Below, in pieces: positions 40,100 through 48,626 of a stretch of 64,000 nt of DNA (its first letter is position 1; every line of letters starts with the position of its first letter). The translations under genes were made by a program, and so were the position numbers. Source of the DNA: Opitutales bacterium (lineage in GTDB: Bacteria > Verrucomicrobiota > Verrucomicrobiia > Opitutales > UBA2995). The notes beneath the pieces are model-generated. The model searched no databases. It worked only from the letters and a program-made list of their open reading frames with translations, and was not told the origin of the DNA. The stretch covers positions 9,457 through 73,456 of the forward strand of contig CBDCNU010000007.1 in NCBI GenBank assembly GCA_965219475.1, written 5' to 3'.

Positions 40100-42499
40100 A
40101 TGGACAGGCACAGAAAATTGGTTTTCGGCCCCGTGGTTGTGCTGGTTTTCCTGATGGGGTGGGCATCATTGACCGCCCGAGGGGAGTTCGACGCGTTGAT
40201 TACCCCCTTTATTCGGGAGCATTGCGCCAAATGCCACGGTGAGAAGAAGCAAAAGGGAGACCTCCGGCTCGACACCTTGAGCAGGGATTTCACCCATGCG
40301 CAAAACGCGGTCATATGGAGGAATGTGTCCGAAATCCTGACCCTCGGGGACATGCCGCCCGAAGAAGAACCCCGGCCTCCGGCCGATGCCGTATTACGCG
40401 TCCTCAAGGCCATCGATAGCGAACTGCGGGCAGCGGCGAATGCACAGGGAAGCAAGGGCAGGATTGCCATACGCCGTCTCAGCCACAGTGCCTTGGACAA
40501 TACGGTTAAAGATTTGCTTGGCATCAATTTGAGGATGTCCGAACACCTGCCGGCCGATCCGGAATTGGAAGGATTCGAAAATCTGGCGGCCACCTTGGAT
40601 GCCAACCCCGAATTAGTCCTGAAATTGCAGAACAATGCGCGGAAACTTGCCCGGCACTCCTTGGTAAGCGGCGGCGACATCCGTCAGGAACGGGTTTATG
40701 CGATGGGTGAGATTGGTCATGGATATAACGTGGAAAAACGGGACGGGTTCGTAGTCACCTCTTCGAGCCGGGACCGCAAACACGTGATGTGGCCCAAAGG
40801 CTTTGTCGTTCCTCAGGACGGAATTTATGCCATAATGGTGACGGCCTTTGCCGAGGACTTCCGGACGGTACTGGAAGAGCGTGGATTCGAATACACCTAC
40901 CTCAATGAAAGTTATGAACAATCGCTGAAATCGCGGGAAAGGCGACCCAATGACGCTTTGCGTCTGGTGGCCATCGTGGCCATTCAGGCATCGGAAGCGC
41001 GGCATATGGATGCCGCCTCGGTTCCCGGCCGCAGAGTAGGATTCTTCTACGTGGGCAACCAGGTGGAAACCGACGCTGTGGAGGTGCGGCTCAAAAAAGG
41101 CGAAAACGTGATGATTCACTATGCCTCCGGCGCAGTCCTGAACCGTTCCCCCATCGCCCAGGTCGGCGGAGATGAAATGCTCGTGGCAGACCTCCTCCAT
41201 GTAAAAGAAATCGGGGTGGACGGACCTGTTCTCGAATCCTGGCCATCAAACGCGCAGCAAAAATTGCTCGGGAATAGGAAGGGAGCGCCTTCGATGGATA
41301 TCAGTTCTCAAATCGAAGATTTTCTCTTCCGCGCCTTTCGACGTCCCGTGCCCGATACTACGGTAGAGAATTTTGTCCGACTCTACCGGACCGGATTGCA
41401 ACGGGGACTCAGCGAGGTGGAATCCATGCGCAACGTGGTGGAAGGTGTCCTATGCTCCCCCCGCTTTCTTTTCAATCACGATGCTGGGGACGGGAGAGAT
41501 GTTTGGGCTCTGGCCAGCCGGCTCTCCTATTTCTTGTGGAATTCCATGCCCGACGACCAATTGCTCGGCTTGGCCGAAAGTGGAAAACTGCTTCAACCAA
41601 ATGTCATTCGAAAAGAGGTGACCCGAATGCTGGCCCATAAGAAGTCGAAACGGTTTGTTAGAGATTTCACGGCAAACTGGCTGCAATTGAAAAAAATTGG
41701 TGACATGAGGCCGGATCCCAAACTCTACCGGGAATACGATCCGTTGTTGGAGGGCTTCATGCGTGAGGAAAGCGAGATATTCTTCGAACGGGTCCTGAAG
41801 AAAAACATGCTGGTAACCACTTTTCTCGACTCGGATTTTGTCTGGATCAACGAACGTCTGTCCAAGCACTACCAGATCGATGGAGTTAAAGGCAGTCAGT
41901 TTCGCAAAGTTGAACTGCCCATGGACAATCCACGCGGAGGTTTGTTGGGGCAGGCCAGCATCTTGAAAATCACTTCCAATGGCACGCGCACCTCACCCGT
42001 CATAAGGGGGGTCTGGATTCTGGAAAACATCCTGGGGGATCCACCCTCCCCTCCTCCGGCCGACGTCAAACCGATCGAACCCGATGTACGCGGCACGAAA
42101 ACCATTCCGGAAATGCTGGCCAAGCATCGGGCGGTCGAGTCCTGCAATGATTGTCATAGGAAAATCGATGCCTGGGGGATGGGCCTGGAACATTTCAATG
42201 CGGTAGGCGCGCTTCGCAGCCAATACCGCAATGGCCAACCCATACAAGCCTGGGGAGAATTGCCGGGCGGCTCATTTGACGGAGCTACAGAGTTGAAAAA
42301 GGTCCTCACGGGTAGAGCCGATCAATTTGCCCGGGCCCTGACCGGAAAGCTGTTTACCTATGCCCTGGGGCATCCCCTCACCTTTGCCGAGCACATCATG
42401 GTCGAGGACATCGCAAAAGCCAACCTGGAAAATAACGAGGGCTTCAAGGACCTGATCCACGACATTTGTGCCAGCCCCTTGTTTCTCGGTAAATTGTAA
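40100..42499 (+). CDS. DUF1592/DUF1588-family protein with CxxCH motifs
   Basis: CAKCHGEKKQKGDLRLD, RTSPVIRGVWILENILG, CNDCHRKIDAWGMGLEHFN. Confidence 0.85.
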   Translation: MDRHRKLVFGPVVVLVFLMGWASLTARGEFDALITPFIREHCAKCHGEKKQKGDLRLDTLSRDFTHAQNAVIWRNVSEILTLGDMPPEEEPRPPADAVLRVLKAIDSELRAAANAQGSKGRIAIRRLSHSALDNTVKDLLGINLRMSEHLPADPELEGFENLAATLDANPELVLKLQNNARKLARHSLVSGGDIRQERVYAMGEIGHGYNVEKRDGFVVTSSSRDRKHVMWPKGFVVPQDGIYAIMVTAFAEDFRTVLEERGFEYTYLNESYEQSLKSRERRPNDALRLVAIVAIQASEARHMDAASVPGRRVGFFYVGNQVETDAVEVRLKKGENVMIHYASGAVLNRSPIAQVGGDEMLVADLLHVKEIGVDGPVLESWPSNAQQKLLGNRKGAPSMDISSQIEDFLFRAFRRPVPDTTVENFVRLYRTGLQRGLSEVESMRNVVEGVLCSPRFLFNHDAGDGRDVWALASRLSYFLWNSMPDDQLLGLAESGKLLQPNVIRKEVTRMLAHKKSKRFVRDFTANWLQLKKIGDMRPDPKLYREYDPLLEGFMREESEIFFERVLKKNMLVTTFLDSDFVWINERLSKHYQIDGVKGSQFRKVELPMDNPRGGLLGQASILKITSNGTRTSPVIRGVWILENILGDPPSPPPADVKPIEPDVRGTKTIPEMLAKHRAVESCNDCHRKIDAWGMGLEHFNAVGALRSQYRNGQPIQAWGELPGGSFDGATELKKVLTGRADQFARALTGKLFTYALGHPLTFAEHIMVEDIAKANLENNEGFKDLIHDICASPLFLGKL

Positions 42500-43075
42500 C
42501 CTTGCTCCGTCGGGGTCATTCAACCACGGATGACCCGGATAGGGAAGCGCCCAAGGGCGCGAATCAGGAATTAGTCGACCCTGAAAAAGTAATCATCGTT
42601 TCGGAGGGTTGGATGGCTTCCGCCTGCGCTCATGGCTACGGCATGACAGGCCTGTCTGGATTTGCTCTCGCCAAGCCGCAAGATCGCTAAGATTCTGCGT
42701 TTCTGAGAGGCCGAGGAAGACATAAATGCTCCAAATAGGTGGAGGGCTTCTTCGGATTTTCCTGGTATCTGGTTCGTGACCATAGCGTCCTCTTGCGAAA
42801 GTCCATTCCCCATCCGTGCCCATCCGTGTCATCCGTGGTTAAAAAAACTCTCCTCCTACCCTTTTGAGTCATTTTTGCCTTTTGTGGCAATTTCTCTCAT
42901 CCGTTCCCATCTGCGCAATCTGCTGTTAATCTTCTCTCCCTTCCTCTGTGTTCTCGGTGTCCTCTGTGGTTTATTCCATCTCTCCCCTCTCTCCTAATTT
43001 CTAATTCCTAATTCCTAATTTGCGCCCATGGGCGCCTCCTCCCTTTGTGCCTTGTGCTTTTTTCCCTTTCCCAAG
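42500..43075. repeat. Intergenic mosaic of degenerate short tandem-unit modules (largest example)
   Basis: Contains the modules GAATGACCCCGACGG (reverse complement), GCGCCCAAGGGCGC, TAGTCGACCCTGAAAAAG, CATCCGTGCCCATCCGTGTCATCCGTGGTT, CCTCTGTGTTCTCGGTGTCCTCTGTGGTT, TAATTTCTAATTCCTAATTCCTAATT and GCGCCCATGGGCGC. All of these recur elsewhere in the window. Confidence 0.8.
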
Positions 43076-43125
43076 TCCTCAATCCCATTGAAGATAAGGG
43101 AAACCCAATTGCCACATTCTCAAAA

Positions 43126-44394
43126 ATGAAGCGCTTTCTCTACTCAATTTGCATTTTGTTCATCCCGGTGCCTGTAATTTCCTCAGACTTCGGTCGCGGG
43201 GAAAAGGAAACGCCAATCCTGGAAAGCAACCGTTTCCGCGGTGCCGAAGGTTCCGGAATCTATACGGCAAAAAATTTACCCCTGAGCTGGAACGACAACG
43301 ATTACCTTTGGACCCTCCAACTGCCCGGGGACGGACACTCCTCTCCCATGGCCTGGCGAGACCAAATCTATGTCACCAGCACCGATCGGGGAAATCCCCG
43401 GCTCATTCTGCTTTGCCTGGATTCCCGATCGGGGCAGGAAATCTGGCGCAGGTCCTTTACATCGGCAGCCCACCGGTTGCACCGGCTCAGCTCTTATGCC
43501 ACCTCTACTCCCGCGGTGGATCGATACCACGTCTACATGGTTTGGAGCAATCATGGACATTTCAATATAGCCGCCATGGACCACGTCGGGAAGGAAGTCT
43601 GGAGGCGCGATTTAGGGACCAGAGTCACCTCGCACGGTGGTGAAACCTCGCCCATCGTGCTGGACGATATGGTGATCGTAACCAACGACAGCCGCGGCCC
43701 CAGTTCCATTCATGCCCTCGATCGCATGACGGGCGAGACCCGTTGGAAACGGGAGCGGCCCAATGAGCCGAAAGGGAAAGCCTCATACAGCACCCCGTTG
43801 GTTTATCATACCGTCCGGGGTGACAAGCAATTGATCTTCAATTCCACCTCCAGCGGCATGACCGCTTTAAATCCAAAAAATGGCGAAGTCCTCTGGGCAA
43901 TGCCCCATCTCTTCACCGATCGCACCATTCTGTCACCGGTAAGGATTGGTGAATACGTATTTGCAAGTTGCGGGAGCGGAACCGGCGGCGCTACTCTTAC
44001 CGCCGTCCTACCGCCCACCCGAGCCGGGGCAGAACCGGAAATCGCCTACGAGATCCGCAAATCGGCGCCCTACGTTCCCAGCCCGGTGGGCCAGGGGGAC
44101 AGGCTCTTCATGGTAAACGACGGCGGCATCGCCACCTGCATCGACGCGCCCAGCGGAGAGGAAATCTGGAAGGCCAAGCTGGGAGACTCCTTCTTCAGTT
44201 CACCCATACGGATAGACGACCGGATTTACGCTGTTTCCCGGCGAGCCGATGTGGTCGTTTTCCGCGCTGCCGACGCTTTCGAAATCCTCGGCCGCACCTT
44301 GATCAATCAAGACTGCCACGCCACCCCCATCGTCCATGAGGGACGGCTTTACCTGAGAACCGTCTCGCATCTGTATTGCATCGGCCCGGGGTAG
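43126..44394 (+). CDS. PQQ-like (BamB-type) beta-propeller repeat protein, secreted
   Basis: Signal peptide MKRFLYSICILFIPVPVISS. Repeated ...G(E/K)(E/V)(I/L)W(R/K)... blades. Confidence 0.7.
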   Translation: MKRFLYSICILFIPVPVISSDFGRGEKETPILESNRFRGAEGSGIYTAKNLPLSWNDNDYLWTLQLPGDGHSSPMAWRDQIYVTSTDRGNPRLILLCLDSRSGQEIWRRSFTSAAHRLHRLSSYATSTPAVDRYHVYMVWSNHGHFNIAAMDHVGKEVWRRDLGTRVTSHGGETSPIVLDDMVIVTNDSRGPSSIHALDRMTGETRWKRERPNEPKGKASYSTPLVYHTVRGDKQLIFNSTSSGMTALNPKNGEVLWAMPHLFTDRTILSPVRIGEYVFASCGSGTGGATLTAVLPPTRAGAEPEIAYEIRKSAPYVPSPVGQGDRLFMVNDGGIATCIDAPSGEEIWKAKLGDSFFSSPIRIDDRIYAVSRRADVVVFRAADAFEILGRTLINQDCHATPIVHEGRLYLRTVSHLYCIGPG

Positions 44395-44395
44395 T

Positions 44396-45760
44396 TCACT
44401 CCCCCATGATCAGGCGTTCGATTACGGCCCCTACCCGAGTGGAGGGAAGAGGGCTACGGTCGGCGCTGCCAATCAAAACGGGCCACTCCTCCTCAGCTTC
44501 CGGCGCCCGGCCGTGCGATCCCTTAACCAAACCCGCATCCAATGGAATGACCTCCAACAGAGCCCGAAAACCTAGTTTCTTTTTCAACAGGAATTTGGCC
44601 GCATCCAAGGAGGGTAAAGGTAGCTTGGGATCGACAAACAACTCTACCGGATCATAACCCGGCTTGCGGTGGATGTCCACGCAGCGGGCATAGTCCGGCG
44701 CCACATTGTCATCCCTCCAGAAGTAGTAGGCAAACCAACTCCTCGGGTCGGAAATGAGAACAAAATCACCCGCGCGATGGTGCGCCAAACCAACGGCCCG
44801 CTTTCCCTGCTCATCCAATACCGCCTCCACCCCTTCAATCGATTCGAGCACGCTCCGAACCCTGTTCCGAATAGCCGGATCATTGACGTAGACATGGGCA
44901 ACCTGGTGATCCGTTACGGCAAAGGCTCGACTGGCTCCACAATCGAGCTGCTCCAATCCGAGTTCATCCTTGATCGTTATCCATCCATTATCCCTCAGGA
45001 TACGATTGATAAAAACCGGTTGGTCTACGTCGCATATTCCGTATTCGGAGAGCAGCAACACCTGCACCGAGCGCCTTTCAAAGAAATCGATCAACTCACC
45101 GACCACCTCATCGATCTTGCGCAGGTCGCTTCCCACCCCCGGATCACTCGGACCGAGCCGCTGCAGATTGTAGTCGAGATGGGGCAGGTAAACCAGGTTC
45201 AGGGTAGGCCTCTGCTTTTTCTCGATCCACTTGGCCGATGCAGCTATCCATCGGGAGGATTCGATACCGGCCCGCGGACCCCAAAACGTCACAAAGGGAA
45301 AAGCGCCCAGATCGCTTTTCAATTCCTCCCGCATCTCCATGGGTTTGGTATAAATATCGAAGATCTTTCTACCGTCCGCCGGGTAGAGAGGGCGTGGAGT
45401 CGCGGCAAAATCGACCGATGAATACATGTTGAACCACCAGAACATTTTGGCGCAGGTAAAAGAAGCATCCCTGGCCTTCAACCGGTCCCAAACTTTCGGG
45501 CCCCTCACCAAGTGATCGGATTGCTTCCAGAAGTGGACCTCGGCGTAGGCGCGGTCGTACCAGCCATTTCCCACGATGCCATGTCCCTCGGGCGACTTCC
45601 CAGTGAGAAAATTCGACTGTGCGGAAGAGGTAACGGCCGGAAAGGGGGGCACGATCTTCACCACCCAGGTCCGGTCGGCATAGGATCGAATCCGCGGGGT
45701 GTTTTCCCCGATAAGGGAACTGGTCAATCCGACCACGTTTATTACGGCCGTCCTTTTCAT
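44396..45760 (-). CDS. alkaline-phosphatase-superfamily protein (nucleotide pyrophosphatase/phosphodiesterase-like)
   Basis: INVVGLT...PAVTSSAQSNFLTGKSPEGHGIVGNGW...LVYLPHLDY...GSHGR pattern of the NPP/AP superfamily. Confidence 0.75.
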   Translation of the reverse strand: MKRTAVINVVGLTSSLIGENTPRIRSYADRTWVVKIVPPFPAVTSSAQSNFLTGKSPEGHGIVGNGWYDRAYAEVHFWKQSDHLVRGPKVWDRLKARDASFTCAKMFWWFNMYSSVDFAATPRPLYPADGRKIFDIYTKPMEMREELKSDLGAFPFVTFWGPRAGIESSRWIAASAKWIEKKQRPTLNLVYLPHLDYNLQRLGPSDPGVGSDLRKIDEVVGELIDFFERRSVQVLLLSEYGICDVDQPVFINRILRDNGWITIKDELGLEQLDCGASRAFAVTDHQVAHVYVNDPAIRNRVRSVLESIEGVEAVLDEQGKRAVGLAHHRAGDFVLISDPRSWFAYYFWRDDNVAPDYARCVDIHRKPGYDPVELFVDPKLPLPSLDAAKFLLKKKLGFRALLEVIPLDAGLVKGSHGRAPEAEEEWPVLIGSADRSPLPSTRVGAVIERLIMGE

Positions 45761-45774
45761 GGGTTGGGAAAGTT

Positions 45775-46605
45775 TCAGGAAGCTGGGATAAATCGTTGGG
45801 CCACCAATGCCAAAAGAAAAAGGGCGGCGAAACCGACCCCGACCTCAGTCGAGGCGTGTCCCAAACTGCCCAGAATAGCCAAATCGACCCAACAAATTCC
45901 GGCCAGGAGCGGCCCAATGGTTTTCCCGACCTTGAGGAGGCCATTTACCAGGGCGCTGCGAAAAACAAAGAGCATCCAACCGGCCGCCATGCCGACAGTG
46001 AGGAGTTGAAAGCCCGGACTTTGCATTCCCAAAAGGGCGACGGCCAGGATGGGCGCGGCCAAAGAGACGAAAGCAAGAGGGGAAGTCGGTCCCGGCCTGG
46101 ATTCGCCGCGGGCCAGCCAGGTAATCCCCATCACATAGAAAAACATCAGGATGCCGGCCAACCCGATTCCCGGGGTTACCCCTTCCAGGGAAACCGCTCC
46201 CACCACCCAATATACCGCTGTTCTGCATGCGGCCATGAGGGGAACTCCGAGAGCCGTCCTTTTGTGCAGGTGGTTATAGAGAACGATCAGCAGCAACAAA
46301 ACCGCACCTGCCGGAAGGGTTTGCCACCCCGCCCAAAGCAAACAAACCAATCCGGCAATAAAGAAAAGAACTACCGCCACCAAAACCGTGGCCCGAGTCA
46401 CCTGGCCCGAGGGGATGGGACGCTCCGACCTGAATTCCCGGTCCCAATCCGCGTCGCAGTAATCGTTCAGATACATTCCCCCCAGGTAAATCAGGCTGAG
46501 ACCCAGAAGCAAAGCCAGGAAGAGGTGGATTTCCCCGCCACCTCCCAACAACCAGGCGCAAAGACAGTTCGACCAAAGGGTGGGCATGTTGGATACCCGC
46601 CCCAA
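45775..46605 (-). CDS. UbiA-family prenyltransferase
   Basis: Polytopic membrane protein with the Asp-rich motif YLNDYCDADWD. Confidence 0.75.
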   Translation of the reverse strand: MGRVSNMPTLWSNCLCAWLLGGGGEIHLFLALLLGLSLIYLGGMYLNDYCDADWDREFRSERPIPSGQVTRATVLVAVVLFFIAGLVCLLWAGWQTLPAGAVLLLLIVLYNHLHKRTALGVPLMAACRTAVYWVVGAVSLEGVTPGIGLAGILMFFYVMGITWLARGESRPGPTSPLAFVSLAAPILAVALLGMQSPGFQLLTVGMAAGWMLFVFRSALVNGLLKVGKTIGPLLAGICWVDLAILGSLGHASTEVGVGFAALFLLALVAQRFIPAS

Positions 46606-46624
46606 AAGGAGATATGCGCGGAAA

Positions 46625-46855
46625 TAATTAATTTGGAATTAGGAAGGAGGAGGGATGGAAGGATGGAGAGATGGAGAGAGGGGGAGAGGGAGTGATGGAG
46701 TGGTGGAGTGGTGGAGAGATGGAATGATGGAATAATGGAATGATGGAGAGCGGGAGAGAGGGGAAAGGGGAGATGTTAATCAGGCGGGAGAAAGGCGCAA
46801 AGGCACAGGGGCACAGGGGAACAAAGGGGGAAGGCAGGGAGAATGGGCAATGATT
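46625..46855. repeat. Purine-rich (top strand) low-complexity tract made of degenerate GGAATGATGGAG/GGAGAGATGGA units
   Basis: Read directly. The same unit family is found at 62335-62510 (same orientation) and, as its C/T-rich complement, at 22960-23075, 31365-31475 and 42975-43020. Confidence 0.8.
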
Positions 46856-47389
46856 GGCCATAAAATGTACGGAAGTCACAAGATCAGCATTGTATGTTTT
46901 GGCGCTTTTTCAAGCAACGCTTCCTTTGATCGCTTGATCCTGCTTGCAGCAGAACAGGATTCGTTACATGGAGCAGGATTTATTTTGTGAGGTAATTGGA
47001 TGCCGAGAAATCCTCATAACGCTTCCTGGCGATTTCTCAGAAACTCAGCACCTTGAGCGTAGGCAAAAGGCATCCAGCCGCAAAGCGGCGATGTTTTTAA
47101 AAGACCAAAAAGACAGGCTCCAGGAACCTACAATCCTGGAGCCTTACAATGTGTCGGCGAGACACCATCTTTCCGTAGCGGAGATTATCCACTCGGTAAC
47201 TCTCTAACCATTTAAGCTTTGGATACACCCTCAGGGGGCATAGGTTCCCTTTTATTTTACGGATCGGAGAAAAAGTTGCTCATCGTTCCCTTTTTCCACC
47301 GCCCTTTCCCCTCCCTCATTTATTTGATTGGTACCAAAAACCAAATAGGCTACAACCCGCCAACCGATTTTAATTCTTAATTATCCGGG

Positions 47390-48397
47390 ATGCTTAACCT
47401 CCAACCGTTCAACACTATCGGCAAGGCCATTTGGGATCGGCGAGGCTTGTGGTCGGTGTTAATCCTGATCTGGGTATTCGACACTTGGTTGAGTCCGCAC
47501 CTGGCCCAGGCGGAAGCTGTCTTCATGCTCATCGGCATATGCCTGTTGGTGCTTCCTCACGGCGTTCCCGATCTTCACCTCCCCGCTTGGATTTTAATCC
47601 CGCACTGGGAAAAACGTCCCACCTATTGGGCCTGTATACTGGTGGTCCACCTGTTGGGGGCAATGGTTATGCTTGGTATTTGGAAGCTGCTACCCGAGTT
47701 TTTCCTGGCCTTCTTCACCGCTCTGGTCATTTGGCACTGGGGGAGCATGGATACCTTTTTCTTATTTCGGCTAACCCGGCCGTCCTGGTTGATCGGCTCC
47801 ATTGGGAGAGGGATGCTCGTGGTTCTGGCCCCCGTGTTTTTTCAACCTCTGGAGGTACAAGACTTCGTCCTGAATTCGTTTGGACTCAGCCACAGCAATA
47901 TATTAGCGGCCCTGCATGCCTTTGCCCCCCACCTGTTGTTGGTTGCCATTTTCCTGGAATTGCTGGCCCTGTTCGTTTCCGGGTTTATTGAAGGTCACCG
48001 CGCTCCGGCAGATCTATTGGGCCACCTCTTGGAGTCCGGGGTCCTTTTGCTTTTGTTTGCCTGGGTATCACCGGTTTTAGGCCTCACCTTTTATTTCCTC
48101 ATCTTACATTCGGCCCGCCATTTGCAGCGCCTCACCATCTTTATGCCGGCGAAGAGGGGAAAGGTAACCAAGGTGGTCTATCCCATCCGCAACCAGTTGG
48201 ACCTTTTCCAAAAAACCAAAACTCTAGTCTTCACAAGCCTGGCTCTGATGGCTTTCTGGTTTGGAACCCAACTCTACCAGGGTAAAGCTTTTGATGAAGC
48301 AGTTGTCAGTTGCCTGATTCCCCTCGGGTTGTTTCTGGTAACCCACTCCCTCACCACTCTGCTGACCGATTTTAATCGCGGCAGGTTTGAGGAATAA
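47390..48397 (+). CDS. Brp/Blh-family (beta-carotene 15,15'-dioxygenase-like) membrane protein
   Basis: Multi-transmembrane protein. His-containing motifs are spaced as in Brp/Blh: LPHGVPD, WHWGSMD, LILHSARH. Confidence 0.5.
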   Translation: MLNLQPFNTIGKAIWDRRGLWSVLILIWVFDTWLSPHLAQAEAVFMLIGICLLVLPHGVPDLHLPAWILIPHWEKRPTYWACILVVHLLGAMVMLGIWKLLPEFFLAFFTALVIWHWGSMDTFFLFRLTRPSWLIGSIGRGMLVVLAPVFFQPLEVQDFVLNSFGLSHSNILAALHAFAPHLLLVAIFLELLALFVSGFIEGHRAPADLLGHLLESGVLLLLFAWVSPVLGLTFYFLILHSARHLQRLTIFMPAKRGKVTKVVYPIRNQLDLFQKTKTLVFTSLALMAFWFGTQLYQGKAFDEAVVSCLIPLGLFLVTHSLTTLLTDFNRGRFEE

Positions 48398-48626
48398 CGA
48401 AAGATTGGAAGGCAAAGCGCTCTGCATTGGCGGTAGTCGACCCTGGAAAAGATCATAAACAGATTTAAACGGTATCTCTGTGCTCTCAGTGTCCTTTGTC
48501 GTTAACTAAAAGAATCTACTATCTCGCATGACGAGGATTTGGATGGAATTCGCATCCGAATGCTCGTCCAATTTCAGAGGAAAAATCAATAATAAACTGT
48601 TGATAAACAAATATTTATATCGTTTT

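Noticed and set aside
42800-43075. Possible CRISPR array, suggested by the regularly recurring short repeats.
   Set aside because: The units are only 8-11 nt, directly tandem and degenerate, with no 25-40-nt spacers and no cas genes in the window.
45796-46695. 299-aa ORF antisense to the UbiA gene. Similar antisense ORFs lie at 53555-54598 (opposite the MFS gene) and 55814-56488 (opposite fabF).
   Set aside because: These are shadow ORFs opposite strongly supported genes, with no recognisable domains.
46628-46879. Low-complexity ORFs with recurring FHHSITP/PLSPSFH peptides (also at 62213-62512, 62278-62466 and 22842-23063).
   Set aside because: They are by-products of translating the C/T/A-only repeat tracts. 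There is no start context, and the peptides are simple-repeat artefacts.
48398-48626. Expected cobalamin riboswitch upstream of the btuF-like ABC importer.
   Set aside because: I could not find a B12-box-like core or the conserved paired elements in this leader by eye. The substrate may equally be an iron chelate. A covariance-model scan (Rfam RF00174) would be decisive.
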